Of a stretch of DNA of 36,770 bases, positions 8,392-18,230 are shown piece by piece. This stretch comes from Armatimonadota bacterium. Lineage in GTDB: Bacteria; Armatimonadota; Zipacnadia; Zipacnadales; UBA5352. The stretch spans positions 1 through 36,770 of the forward strand of contig JAYENL010000106.1 in NCBI GenBank assembly GCA_034722055.1, read 5' to 3'. Position numbers and translations under genes: made by a program. The notes under the pieces were generated by a model. The model did not search any database. It was not told the origin of the DNA and was given only the letters and a program-made list of their open reading frames with translations. The first letter of the stretch is position 1. Each line of letters begins with the position of its first letter.

Positions 8392-8594
8392 TGTCAACGG
8401 CCGGCGGCGTGGGCACGCCGCCGCTCCGTACAGCAAAGCCATGTCGTCTACTGTAGGGCGCGGACCCGTGCCGCGCCTGTCGTTGCCGTCCGTCGTTGCC
8501 CCCCCCTCCCGCCTGCCAGCGAAGCCAGCGAAGGAGAGAGGGATGGAGTGCGCCCCACAAACTCCACCGGGTGAGGCCCCGTCGGCATCCTGCA

Positions 8595-9392
8595 TCACGG
8601 CTCACTCGTCACACTCCCGCACGCGTCCAGCAAGTCGTCCAGCGCCACAGTATCGCCCCAGTGCGTCTCGTGGTAGCGGATTCCCCACCGAGTGGCGATG
8701 CGCTGGGGCAGGAAGTCGGGCGGCTCTACGCCGATGGTGGCGTCGCGGATGAGGATGACCCGGTAGCCGAGGCCGAACATCGGCCCCATGCCGCCGGGGG
8801 CGTTGAGGATACACATGTCGGTAGCGAAGCCGGCGTAGATCAGGTTCACGATCCCCCGCTTGCGCAGCACGCGGTCGAACTGCGGGGTCTGGTGGACGAT
8901 CGGCTCACCCGGCTGGGGCGCCACCACCTCCGGGAAGTCCATGGTGGCCAGCCCCGAGCGGTTCACGTAATCAACCCCGTGCGACCGCTCCAGGATGGCC
9001 TTCCGGTGGCCGGGGATGGCCTCTGATGGCGCCTCGGGCTTCGGGATGGCGCTCTCCGCCGGCTCGTCGAGGGCGTAGTCGTACCACTCGGGGTAGCGCT
9101 TGGCGATGCCCTCGGCCTGCACGTGGCAGACGGCCAGCCCGCAGCCGCGCGCGGCATCCAGCGCCGGACGGATGGCCTCGCGCATGATGCGGTAGGCCTC
9201 CGCGGTCACGCCCGGGTAGCCCATGCCGACGCAGAAGTCCGGGTCCAGCTCCGGCCCGCCCGGGCAGCCGATGTTCCAGCAGTGGAGGGAGACAAGCGCG
9301 GTCTCATCGACGGGCAGCCGCAGCGGCTCCTCCTCGTAGCCGGGGTCGGTGATGGGGATGCTGCGGTAGTACCGCCCGGTCAGCTCCAGCAC
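8595..9392 (-). CDS. Isochorismatase/cysteine hydrolase-family protein
   Basis: ETALVSLHCWN, LRKRGIVNLIYAGFATDMCI and LGYRVILIRDAT. The GTG at 9392 follows GGAGG (9405-9401). The ORF-track start at 9743 overlaps the upstream gene. Confidence 0.75.
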   Translation of the reverse strand: MLELTGRYYRSIPITDPGYEEEPLRLPVDETALVSLHCWNIGCPGGPELDPDFCVGMGYPGVTAEAYRIMREAIRPALDAARGCGLAVCHVQAEGIAKRYPEWYDYALDEPAESAIPKPEAPSEAIPGHRKAILERSHGVDYVNRSGLATMDFPEVVAPQPGEPIVHQTPQFDRVLRKRGIVNLIYAGFATDMCILNAPGGMGPMFGLGYRVILIRDATIGVEPPDFLPQRIATRWGIRYHETHWGDTVALDDLLDACGSVTSEP

Positions 9393-9397
9393 GCCCG

Positions 9398-10645
9398 TCA
9401 CCTCCGGTTGCGGTCCGCGACCCGCCCGACGATGGCGGCCGCCCGCTCGCAGTCCTCCTCCGTGTACTTCTCGCAGAACGTGGACCAGCGAATCCAGGTG
9501 TCCAGGAAATCGTGGGCCGTGGTGCAGGCGTAGCGGCCGTAGCAGTACTGCCGCGAGGCCGGCGGGATGGAGTAGGGGTAGCGCTGCTCCTCCGCCCACC
9601 GCTGCAGGAAGGTGCAGGCCTCGGGCATCAGGTAGTAGCGGGCGGTGCTGGCCCCGGGGATGCCGCCCTCCGCGAGTTGCTCGCCGAACTCGTCGGCGGT
9701 GCAGGTGAACTGCTCGGGATCGATGCTCATCCCGAACATCCACGCCGAGTAGACATCCATGTAGTCGGGGATGGGCAGCGGCGTGACGCCGTCGATCTCC
9801 CCAATGAGCCGGCTCATCAGCCGTACCATGCGGTCGATGTGCGCCACCTGGTCCTGGATGATCTCGAGCTGCGCCAGGCAGATGGCGGCGGTGGACTGGG
9901 TCATGCGGTAGGCGTAGCCCGGCTCGGTGTGCAGGCGGCCGAAGCCCGGCTCCATCTCCGCGCCGCGGCTCTGGCCGATAAAGCGCAGGCGCTCCGCCAG
10001 CTCATCGTCATCGGTCACCACGCAGCCGCCCACGTCCGAGCCCATGGTCTTCTCGGCGTCGAAGGAGAAGCCGCCGGCGCGGGAGAGCGTTCCGGCCAGC
10101 CGCCCCTTGTAGCGCCCGAAGACCGCCTGGCACGCGTCCTCGTAGACGAGGAGGTCGTGCTCATCGGCCAGCTCGTTGATGGGGTCCATGTCGCAGATGA
10201 TGCCGGTCTTGTGCACCACCAGGATGGCGCGTGTGCGATCGGTGATGAGTGGCTCGATGGTGGCCGCGCTCATGTTCACCGTGGCCGGCTCGGTGTCGGC
10301 GAAAACGGGGATGTAGTCCTCCGCCACCAGGCCCTGGACGGTGCCGTAGTCGGTGACGGGGCTGACGATGATCTCGTCGCCGGGCTCGAAGTCGAAGGCC
10401 GCCGCAAGGGTGGCCAGGGCCGGCGTGCAGCCCGGTGTGCCGATGCAGTGCTTCACGCCGTAGGCCTCGGCGAAGGCGGTCTCGAAGCGCCCCAGCATAT
10501 CGACCGTCAGGCCGCTGTCCACGACCTCCTGGAGGTACTCCATGGCCCGGGGGCCGATTTCACGGGGGAACGTTGAGGGAAGCTCCCCGATCTCGTCGGC
10601 GTGCGCCGTCGCGCCCCAGGCGGCTCTCTCTCGTTGCTCAGACAT
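9398..10645 (-). CDS. DegT/DnrJ/EryC1/StrS family PLP-dependent aminotransferase
   Basis: PGDEIIVSP, ITDRTRAILVVH, VYEDACQA and FSFDAEKTM (PLP Lys). RBS AGGAGG at 10660-10655. Confidence 0.9.
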   Translation of the reverse strand: MSEQRERAAWGATAHADEIGELPSTFPREIGPRAMEYLQEVVDSGLTVDMLGRFETAFAEAYGVKHCIGTPGCTPALATLAAAFDFEPGDEIIVSPVTDYGTVQGLVAEDYIPVFADTEPATVNMSAATIEPLITDRTRAILVVHKTGIICDMDPINELADEHDLLVYEDACQAVFGRYKGRLAGTLSRAGGFSFDAEKTMGSDVGGCVVTDDDELAERLRFIGQSRGAEMEPGFGRLHTEPGYAYRMTQSTAAICLAQLEIIQDQVAHIDRMVRLMSRLIGEIDGVTPLPIPDYMDVYSAWMFGMSIDPEQFTCTADEFGEQLAEGGIPGASTARYYLMPEACTFLQRWAEEQRYPYSIPPASRQYCYGRYACTTAHDFLDTWIRWSTFCEKYTEEDCERAAAIVGRVADRNRR

Positions 10646-10811
10646 CACGATGCGCCTCCTCAAGCGAGGTGGATTCGGACGGTACTTCCTCCCGAGGGCC
10701 CGACAGACCTTCGCGGCTCGGAGGATGTACCGCCTGCGCGGTGAAATGCCCGCAGGGGTCGGATGCATCTGCGGCCCGGGACGACAGCATGCAGTGACAG
10801 GAGGGCATGCA

Positions 10812-12230
10812 ATGGACACGATCACCGTACCGCAGCGCGAGATCCCCGTCATCGGGGAGTACGACGTCATCGTGGCGGGAGGGGGGCCAGGCGGGATACC
10901 GGCGGCCGTCGCCGCGGCGCGCGCGGGCGGCAAGACGCTGCTCGTCGAGCGCTACGGCTACCTCGGGGGCATGGCCACAGCCGGCCTCATCGCAGTCATC
11001 CTGGGCGTGAGGGCCTCCGGGACCGACGAGCCCATGATCGGCGGGATCGCCGAGGAGCTCTGCCGCCGGATGGCTGAGCTCGACGGCGCACCGCCCTATG
11101 AGGAGGCTATCGCCAGCGGTGGGATCCGCTTCGAGCCGGAGGCCTTCAAGCTCGCCAGCGATGAGCTGGTGCTGGACGCCGGCTGCGAGCTGCTGCTGCA
11201 CTCCTGGGCCGCGAACACAGTGGTGGACGACGGGCGCGTGCAGGCGCTGGTGCTGGAGGGCAAGTCCGGCCCGCGGGCGGTGCTCGGCGAGGTCTTCGTT
11301 GACGCCACCGGCGACGCCGACCTGGTGGCGCAGGCCGGCGCGGACTTCACATTCGGGCGCTCGGCCGACGGCGCGGTGCAGTCGATGGGCAGCATGTTCC
11401 GCATCGGCGGAGCGGACTCCCAGCGCCTGCCCACCGGCGAGGCCATGGAGGACTTCCGCCGGCGCGCCCGCCAGGCCATCGACGAGGGTCGCATCACCGC
11501 CTACAACCCGCACTGGGGCGGCGCCATCGCCGGCAAGGACCGCGGCCAGTACATGGCCAACTGCACGCGCTTCGCAGGCGACCCCTGCAGCGTGGAGGAC
11601 CTGACGCGGGGTGAGGTGCAGATCCGGCGCGACACCTGGGAGATCGTGGACTTCTGGCGGGAGTGCGTGCCGGGGATGGAGGAGGCCTACCTCATCCAGA
11701 CCCCGCCGCATATCGGCCTGAGGGAGAGCCGGCAGATGGTGGGGCTGGAGGTGGTCACCGGCCAGGACGTCACCGAGGCGCGACGCCGGGATGACGCCGT
11801 GGCGCGCTGCCCCTACTGGATCGACATCCACTGCCCGTTGGGCCGCGTCAAGCACGACACGCACCTGTGCTACACGGGCTGCCCCAACGAGCCGCCCTGC
11901 GCCATGTACGAGGAGCACTACGACGAGCTGCCCGGCGACCCGGACGCCGAGTCCGACCGAGCGGGCCTGTACCCCCGCGACGGACTGTGGTTCGACATCC
12001 CGTGGGGCTCTCTGGTCTCCGCGGAGATACAGAACCTGCTGGCGGCCGGCCGCGCCATCTCCGCCGACCACCAGGCCATGGCCGCCCTGCGCGTGATGGG
12101 CCCCTGTATGGCGATCGGGCAGGCCGCCGGCGAGGGAGCCGCCATGGCTGCGGACGCGGATGGCAACGCCGCGGCGGTGGAGATCAGCGCCCTCCAGGAG
12201 CGCCTGCGGGCCAACGGCGCGGCGGTGTGA
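10812..12230 (+). CDS. FAD-dependent oxidoreductase (FAD_oxidored/HI0933-like family)
   Basis: YDVIVAGGGPGG, VERYGYLGG, FVDATGDADL, IGLRESR and NLLAAGRAISADH..RVMGPCMAIGQAAG. RBS AGGAGG. Transcribed divergently from the DegT gene. Confidence 0.88.
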   Translation: MDTITVPQREIPVIGEYDVIVAGGGPGGIPAAVAAARAGGKTLLVERYGYLGGMATAGLIAVILGVRASGTDEPMIGGIAEELCRRMAELDGAPPYEEAIASGGIRFEPEAFKLASDELVLDAGCELLLHSWAANTVVDDGRVQALVLEGKSGPRAVLGEVFVDATGDADLVAQAGADFTFGRSADGAVQSMGSMFRIGGADSQRLPTGEAMEDFRRRARQAIDEGRITAYNPHWGGAIAGKDRGQYMANCTRFAGDPCSVEDLTRGEVQIRRDTWEIVDFWRECVPGMEEAYLIQTPPHIGLRESRQMVGLEVVTGQDVTEARRRDDAVARCPYWIDIHCPLGRVKHDTHLCYTGCPNEPPCAMYEEHYDELPGDPDAESDRAGLYPRDGLWFDIPWGSLVSAEIQNLLAAGRAISADHQAMAALRVMGPCMAIGQAAGEGAAMAADADGNAAAVEISALQERLRANGAAV

Positions 12231-12319
12231 TGCGCCTCCGACCTCCGCGGCGAGGACCGTGCATTCGCTACAATGTGATCGGGGGCAAAGGCTATATGCC
12301 AACCTATCGGTAACTGGCC

Positions 12320-12398
12320 TGGAGGGGCCGTCGCGCAGCGAAGCAAGCGATGCGATGGTGCGAGCCTCTGAGCACCATCGCAGGTTCCACCCCGGCCC
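12320..12398 (+). repeat. Branched REP-like element, copy 1
   Basis: TGGAG-GGGCCG-[hairpin]-[hairpin]-GGTTCCACCC-CGGCCC. Confidence 0.85.
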
Positions 12399-12588
12399 AC
12401 GTCATCTGCGGCAAATCACAACGACGGGGCGCGAACGAGGGCGCGCCGCTCCAGACGCCTCGACGAACGACAACGACGGGCGGGCAAGGAAGCCCGCCCC
12501 TCCGTACGGCCTCTCTGCGCTACCCACATCTTGCGGGAGGCCTACGATGGAGTTGAGCCGGGACTGTGCGCGTGTCTTGTTGTCATGC

Positions 12589-12664
12589 GGAGGGGCCGCC
12601 CGAGCGCAGCGAGGGTGCCGCGTGCGTGGTCGTTCTGTGCAGGCGGCAGGTTCCATCCCGGCCC
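12589..12664 (+). repeat. Branched REP-like element, copy 2
   Basis: GGAG-GGGCCG-CCC(GAGCGCAGCGA)GGG-TGCCGC..GCGGCA-GGTTCCATCC-CGGCCC. Confidence 0.8.
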
Positions 12665-12676
12665 GGCCGTTCTCAC

Positions 12677-12726
12677 CCGAACATCGGCCGCGGAGCGGGC
12701 GTCTGTTGCAGCGAATCGGTGGTGCG
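12677..12726 (+). promoter_or_regulatory. 50-bp element shared with 14784-14833, upstream of an exported-protein gene
   Basis: 46/50 identical to 14784-14833, including an identical core GGCGTCTGTTGCAGCGAATCGGTGGTGCG. The regulatory role is inferred from position only. Confidence 0.5.
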
Positions 12727-12817
12727 TCGAGCAGACCATCCGTCGCCACAGGGCGCCGGGGATAGCGTGTGCCTGTAGGATCACCACCACCGGAGCCATG
12801 CAGGAGAGATCGGCGAG

Positions 12818-13612
12818 ATGATCCACCACACACCAGCCAACCCGCCAGCGGTCGGTCAACGGCGTCAGCACAGTGGCAGTCCGCCGCTGCTTCTGTGCGC
12901 GAGCGTGGTCACTGTGGCGCTACTGTGCGGCGCACAGGGCTGCCGCGACGTCCAGCCACAGTGGCGAGTCATCGACCGGCCCGGGAAGGCCATCGTCGGC
13001 CAACGCAACACCCATGCGACCTCCGGGGTCTGGGTGGCACGACACTATGGGTGGGACGATCCGGAGCTGACGGACAAGCGGTCGGTCGCGGCAATGAACC
13101 TGTATATGGTGGAGGACTGCGGGGGGTGCCCCGTGCCCAGCATCTGGCACATAGCCACCGGTCTGCAGGATTACCTCCAGGTCGAGAGGGTCGAGGGCGT
13201 CGAGATCACGGAGCGAGTCCGCTATACGAAGGACCCCCTCGAGCGAGCTGACTTCGAGGACTACAAGGCCTCAATCGATGACAACCGCCCCGTTATCCTC
13301 ACCTTCTGCTACGACGCCGGGACAGGGGAGGACCCGGCTTACGCCAGGCAGCGCGCCATCCGCGCCTTCAGTGCCGTCGGCATCGGGTACATCGAGCGCG
13401 GAGGTCGGCGGTATGTGATCTGCCACGACGGCTTCGACTCGCCGCCGGTGAGGCATAAGGCGATCGAGGATCAGGTCGCCGCCGAGGACCTGGGCCTGGG
13501 CAGGCAGTCCGGACCATGGCAGCAGACGGGCACATCGATCTACCGCTGGGACGGCAAGCACGAGAACGTGGTCATGGTGTTCGTAAGGCCCGCACAGAAG
13601 CGTCGGGAGTAG
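12818..13612 (+). CDS. Hypothetical exported protein or lipoprotein with weak C39-like (papain-fold) resemblance
   Basis: Hydrophobic stretch ending AQGC. Pattern IDDNRPVILT..AVGIGY..YVICHDG. The start position is uncertain. Confidence 0.65.
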   Translation: MIHHTPANPPAVGQRRQHSGSPPLLLCASVVTVALLCGAQGCRDVQPQWRVIDRPGKAIVGQRNTHATSGVWVARHYGWDDPELTDKRSVAAMNLYMVEDCGGCPVPSIWHIATGLQDYLQVERVEGVEITERVRYTKDPLERADFEDYKASIDDNRPVILTFCYDAGTGEDPAYARQRAIRAFSAVGIGYIERGGRRYVICHDGFDSPPVRHKAIEDQVAAEDLGLGRQSGPWQQTGTSIYRWDGKHENVVMVFVRPAQKRRE

Positions 13613-13833
13613 CGCAGCTTGCGGCTGCGAGTCCCGGCTTGGGCCGAAGCAGGCACAGGAGCCCTGCCCGCGTCGCGGCACGCAACGCGATCCGACAGGC
13701 AGCCCAAGCGGCGACGAGCGCCGAATTGGGCGCTGCATCTCCGCCAGGGCGCACTACGAAGGCATGCCAACCACCACCGCAGAGAGGCGCAAGCGGTGGT
13801 GATTGGTCAGGGTAGCTCGGCTGTCCCTCCTGA

Positions 13834-14538
13834 CTATCCTTCCCCGAACGGATCGTAGAAGGTCCACAGCGGCGGATGGACCTCGTAGCTGCTGCTGTGG
13901 GGCGGCTCCCAGCCCGGGTGTGGGATCGGGCCATGCTCGGCCCTCAGCCACTTGGCGTGGCCGTCGATGAAGGCCAGGTTCATGCCGTCGTTGTGATCGT
14001 CCCGGCAGGCGTAGTACTTATGGTGCAGCAGGTACTGACAGCCGCCGCCGGCGCCCTTCTCGGTGATCATCAGGGTCTGCGCGGGACGTCGGAACTCCGC
14101 AAGCGTCGGCCGTCCAAACATGCTCACACGTCCGCCCGATGGGTCCGCGCCGTGCCGGGGCAGACCGTACGCAACGCCGTAGCAGTTGTACCTCGTGCTG
14201 GGGCAGCGGTAGACCTGCACGTTCTTGATGTAGGGGTATATCGCGTTGCTCCAGCAGTCGAAGTAGCCGTAGCTCGGGTGGTAGTTGAACTCGGGGTGGC
14301 CTGGCACCCACGGCTCTGACCGGGTCGGGCCGTTGTAGAGAGCGCAGAAGGTCTCATCGTAGTCCTGGGCGTACATCAGCATCCCGAGGGCCAACTGCTT
14401 GAGGTTGCTGAGACAACTCGCCTGCCGAGCCTTCTCCCGCGCGCGGGCGAAGACCGGGAACAGAATGGCTGCCAGGATGGCGATGATGGCGATCACCACC
14501 AGCAGCTCGATCAGGGTGAAGCCCTTCCGTCGTCGCAT
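13834..14538 (-). CDS. DUF1559 / prepilin-type N-terminal cleavage-methylation protein with H-X9-DG motif
   Basis: [44 protein letters not shown] and [24 protein letters not shown]. Confidence 0.93.
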   Translation of the reverse strand: MRRRKGFTLIELLVVIAIIAILAAILFPVFARAREKARQASCLSNLKQLALGMLMYAQDYDETFCALYNGPTRSEPWVPGHPEFNYHPSYGYFDCWSNAIYPYIKNVQVYRCPSTRYNCYGVAYGLPRHGADPSGGRVSMFGRPTLAEFRRPAQTLMITEKGAGGGCQYLLHHKYYACRDDHNDGMNLAFIDGHAKWLRAEHGPIPHPGWEPPHSSSYEVHPPLWTFYDPFGEG

Positions 14539-14783
14539 CAGACTACCTCCTCATCCTTCGCTTTGGGGCAACTGGCGGATCTGGTTAAGGATACTGGACG
14601 CCCTGCTCCCACCGAAGGCCGCGCCGCCATTCTTGCAGCAGCCCTATCGTCACATCAATTATTTCGCCATCCGCTTGCCTGCACCTCCCCTGCCTGCAAG
14701 GAATCTTCGCGTTTGACCACCCGCTGGCGATTGGAGCGGGCCACAGCAGCCGCTCGCTTGTCAGGGCAACGCCCGGGGCCGCG

Positions 14784-14833
14784 CCGAAGATCCGCCGCGC
14801 AGCCGGCGTCTGTTGCAGCGAATCGGTGGTGCG
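14784..14833 (+). promoter_or_regulatory. Second copy of the 50-bp upstream element
   Basis: 46/50 identical to 12677-12726. Followed by TGGTATCAT (extended -10-like) near 14848-14856. Confidence 0.5.
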
Positions 14834-14906
14834 CTGCACCGGCATCGTGGTATCATGTGAGCAGGCCGGGCTCGACATCTCGTCACGCGCGGGGAGGCCC
14901 ACGACG

Positions 14907-16415
14907 ATGACAACGTCTCGAACGGCAGCTCTGTTGGCGGCGCTCGCCACCCTGTCGCTGGTGGGTGTGGCGCCGGCTCAGCGCGGCCAGGTGGCGACCA
15001 ACAAGGCCGTGCTGAGCTCCATGTATGGTGACGTGCAGACCCGCCACGGCACCGCCGGCTATCACCCGGCCACCCGCAACGAGGTGCTCTCACCCGGCGA
15101 CGCCGTGAAGACCGGAGCCGACTCCCGCGCGGAGCTCTCCATCGGCGAGGGGGGCTACGTGCGCATGGACGAGAACTCGCAGGTGCTGGTGACGGCGATC
15201 AACGTCGGCGGGCGCACCACCTTCCAGGCCATCGTCGGCGGGATTTGGGTGACGATCGAGCGCGCGCTGGGGGGCTCCAGCAAGTTCGAGGTGCGCATGC
15301 CCAGCGCCCTGGCAGCGGTCACAGGCACCGTCTTCCGCTGCCAGGTCGATGAGGAGGGGGTGTCCGAGACCTACGTCTACGAGGGCGCAGTGCAGGTGAA
15401 CGTTGGCGATCAGAGCCTGCGCGTGGAGCCGGAGCAGCGCTGTCGCGTGCCCCGGAACCTGCGGGCGGCTGTCGAGCGGTTCAGCCTCACCGGCGACGAT
15501 GAGTCCGCCTGGGTCATGTACAACCGGCACCGCGACATCGTCCGTCACCTGGGGAATCCGACCATCGTGGTCGGCCTGCGCGAGCACAACATGCCGGAGG
15601 AGGGCGTCTTCGCGGCCTCCAGGGCCATCGCGGGCCAGCTCGCGCTGCATGGCCTGCACAGCACGTCAATCGAGGACGTGGAGGGCGGGCAGTTCAGCTT
15701 CAACCCCGACGGCACCATCCGCTGGCGCCGCACGCCCATGGCCGGCTACTGCGTGATCGGGGATGTGACGCTGGAGCGGCTCCGGCGCGTGAACGAGCGC
15801 ATCTTCTCCGCGCGTGTGCGCGGCGACATCCGGCTGGTTCGGGACGGCGAGACCGAGGCGCTGACCTCCATCGAGACCCTGGTGCCGGGCGTCGGGCGCA
15901 ACCCCAAGCAGGCCGTGGGGGCGGCGCTGCTGTCGCTGGGCAAGCGCGTGGGGGCGGGCCTGGCGCCTCGGATCATCCGCGAGCTGATGCAGGCGCACGT
16001 GGGTGCGGTCCGCATCGACCTCACCAGCGCGACCCGCCAGCAGGTGGCGCAGGTGCGGCGGCTGGTCACTGAGATGGAGGGCGTGCTGCGGACGGCGCCG
16101 CTGGTGCTGCCCGGCGATCGGATCTCACTCGCCGTGGTCACACAGGTCTCGCCCGACCAGATCGCCGCCGTCATCGAGCAGCGCGCGGGCGAGCAGCTCC
16201 AGCGCGTGCTGGTGGGCGAGCGCGTGCTGTTCGTCAAGTTCAAGCCTACGCCGGCCGGCCAGTCGCAGGCGACACAGCCGCCGCAGGCACAGCAGCGACC
16301 TCGGGCTGGGCCCGAGGCCGGTCCGGCGGCGGGGCGTCTCGGACGTCCTCAGCAGCGCAACCGACCGCAGCGGCCCTGGAGGCCCGGCGTCCTGCGGCCG
16401 CCGACCGATCGTTGA
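14907..16415 (+). CDS. Exported FecR-domain protein with uncharacterised C-terminal domains
   Basis: Signal peptide, then LSPGDAVKTGADSRAEL..VRMDENSQV..FEVRMPSALAAVTGTVF..VYEGAVQV (FecR domain). ATG at 14907 follows GGGGAGG. Confidence 0.82.
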   Translation: MTTSRTAALLAALATLSLVGVAPAQRGQVATNKAVLSSMYGDVQTRHGTAGYHPATRNEVLSPGDAVKTGADSRAELSIGEGGYVRMDENSQVLVTAINVGGRTTFQAIVGGIWVTIERALGGSSKFEVRMPSALAAVTGTVFRCQVDEEGVSETYVYEGAVQVNVGDQSLRVEPEQRCRVPRNLRAAVERFSLTGDDESAWVMYNRHRDIVRHLGNPTIVVGLREHNMPEEGVFAASRAIAGQLALHGLHSTSIEDVEGGQFSFNPDGTIRWRRTPMAGYCVIGDVTLERLRRVNERIFSARVRGDIRLVRDGETEALTSIETLVPGVGRNPKQAVGAALLSLGKRVGAGLAPRIIRELMQAHVGAVRIDLTSATRQQVAQVRRLVTEMEGVLRTAPLVLPGDRISLAVVTQVSPDQIAAVIEQRAGEQLQRVLVGERVLFVKFKPTPAGQSQATQPPQAQQRPRAGPEAGPAAGRLGRPQQRNRPQRPWRPGVLRPPTDR

Positions 16416-16706
16416 CCGGGGCCGGCCGCCATCGCAGCGCTAACCGCAACCTTCAGGCCTGATCACCTGCGGGGGTCGGCCTGCACGATGCGCCTCTGCC
16501 CCTGCACAGTGACTCGTGCGTCGAGCTTTTGCCGGGGCGCTTCCGGCGCATCTTCCCGCTGAGAACATGAAAATGTGCGGAACATAAAGCCAGGCGAGTT
16601 GTCTCTTACGAATAGTGCTGGCCTTATTCAGGCAATCACGGTATCATAGAGCCTGAGGAATCGACATGCGCGCGCCACCCGCGGGACGCGGGGGAGGCTG
16701 AGTACC

Positions 16707-18209
16707 GTGCGTGCATCACGACTCATCGTATTCGCGACGTGCGCCGCACTGATCCTGGCGGCTTCCGCTGTACTGGCCGATCAGGGGCAGGTGGCCACCA
16801 GGCAGGCCGTGCTGACCTCCATGTACGGAGAGGTCCACATCGCCCACGGCACAGAGAGCTATCATCCGGCGAGCCTCAATGAGGTTCTGAGGCCGGGGGA
16901 CACGATCAGGACCGGCCCCTCTTCCCGCGCCGAGCTCACCGTCGGCGAGGGCGGCTTCGTGCGCCTGGATCAGAACTCGCAGGTGCGGGTCACCGCACTG
17001 AGCACCGGCGCCAGGACCACATTTGAGGCTGTTGTGGGCGGCATCTGGGTGACGATAGAGCGAGCCCTCACGGGGGGGAAGAAGTGGGAGGTTCGCATGC
17101 CCAGCGCCGTGGCATCGGTGAAGGGCACGGTGTTCCGCTGCCGGGTGACTGAAGACACCTCTGAGACAGTGGTCTATGAGGGCCGGGTCGAGGTCTCGGC
17201 GGGGATACAGCTCCTGCAGGTGGAATCCGACCGCCGCTGTCGCGTGCCCCCCGACCTGCGCGCGGAGCTGGGGCCGTTTGACCTCACCAGCGATGATGCG
17301 TCCGCGTGGGTGATGTACAACCGTCATCGCGACATCGTCCAGCACCTGGGCAGTCCCGCAATCATGGTGGCCCTCAGGGAGCATGAGATGCCCGCCGAGA
17401 GTGTCTTCAGCGCTTCCAGGCGCATCGCTGCCCAGTTCGCTCTCCACGGCCTGCACAACACCTCCGCCCAGCAGGTTCGCGGAGAGGAGTACTCCCTCAA
17501 TCCAGACGGAACCGTCCAGTGGCGCAACCTTCCGGACGCGGACTTCTACGTCATCGGCGACGTCAGCCTGGATGGACTCGGGCAGGATGGCAACGCCCTG
17601 TTCTCGGCGCGCGTGAGCGGCGACATCATGCTGGTGCGCACCGGTGCGGAGACGCCCGTCAGCTCCGTTGAGGCCACCTCACGGGGCTTCGGACGCGACC
17701 CCGAAGAGGCCCTCGGTGCCGCACTGACGTCGCTCGGCAGGCGCGTCGGCATGGCTATGGGGCCCCGTGTGATCCGGGAGATGATGCGTGGGCGAGGGCG
17801 ACCGGAGGCGGTGCGCGTTGATGTCAGCGGGGCCACGCGCAGCCAGGTCGCGCACCTGCGGAGGATCATCTCCGAGATGGACACCGTCCTGCGTGCTGCT
17901 CCGCTGGCGCTGCCCAACGGGGCCGTGTCACTCGCTGTGATCACGGAGGCCGCACCCGGCGAGATCGCGGCGGAGCTTCGGGAGCGCATTCCGGATCAGC
18001 TTCAGCGGGTGGAGCCCATCGAGCGCGTGCTGCTCGTCGTCTTCCGAACGCCCGAGACTGCTCCGGGCGAGGTCTTGCCCCAGCAGCAGTTGGGCGCGGA
18101 GGACGAGGAGGGAGAGGCCAAGCCCCGAAGAGCCCCGCCGCTGCCCCCGCAACCGGCTCCCCAGCAGGAGCCGCCGCCCCCACTGCCTGAAGGCGAGGGG
18201 CAGGCCTGA
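16707..18209 (+). CDS. Exported FecR-domain protein, full-length paralog of 14907..16415
   Basis: Colinear similarity (QGQVATRQAVLTSMYG, SAWVMYNRHRDIV, PRVIREMM). GTG start after GGGGGAGG. Confidence 0.82.
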   Translation: MRASRLIVFATCAALILAASAVLADQGQVATRQAVLTSMYGEVHIAHGTESYHPASLNEVLRPGDTIRTGPSSRAELTVGEGGFVRLDQNSQVRVTALSTGARTTFEAVVGGIWVTIERALTGGKKWEVRMPSAVASVKGTVFRCRVTEDTSETVVYEGRVEVSAGIQLLQVESDRRCRVPPDLRAELGPFDLTSDDASAWVMYNRHRDIVQHLGSPAIMVALREHEMPAESVFSASRRIAAQFALHGLHNTSAQQVRGEEYSLNPDGTVQWRNLPDADFYVIGDVSLDGLGQDGNALFSARVSGDIMLVRTGAETPVSSVEATSRGFGRDPEEALGAALTSLGRRVGMAMGPRVIREMMRGRGRPEAVRVDVSGATRSQVAHLRRIISEMDTVLRAAPLALPNGAVSLAVITEAAPGEIAAELRERIPDQLQRVEPIERVLLVVFRTPETAPGEVLPQQQLGAEDEEGEAKPRRAPPLPPQPAPQQEPPPPLPEGEGQA

Positions 18210-18230
18210 CGGAGGCGGTCCGCGATCGCC

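Noticed and set aside
7555..8752. ORFs spanning the 8.0-8.6 kb repeat region (also 27012..27875 and 3558..4368)
   Set aside because: They are translations of REP repeats or GC-rich spacers, Arg/Pro/Ala-rich, and lack an RBS or family motif.
12320..12398. Branched repeat as a degenerate tRNA (GGTTCCACCCC resembles a T-arm)
   Set aside because: There is no proper 5-bp T-stem, D-loop or anticodon arm, no consistent CCA end, and the copies occur as inverted doublets like REPs.
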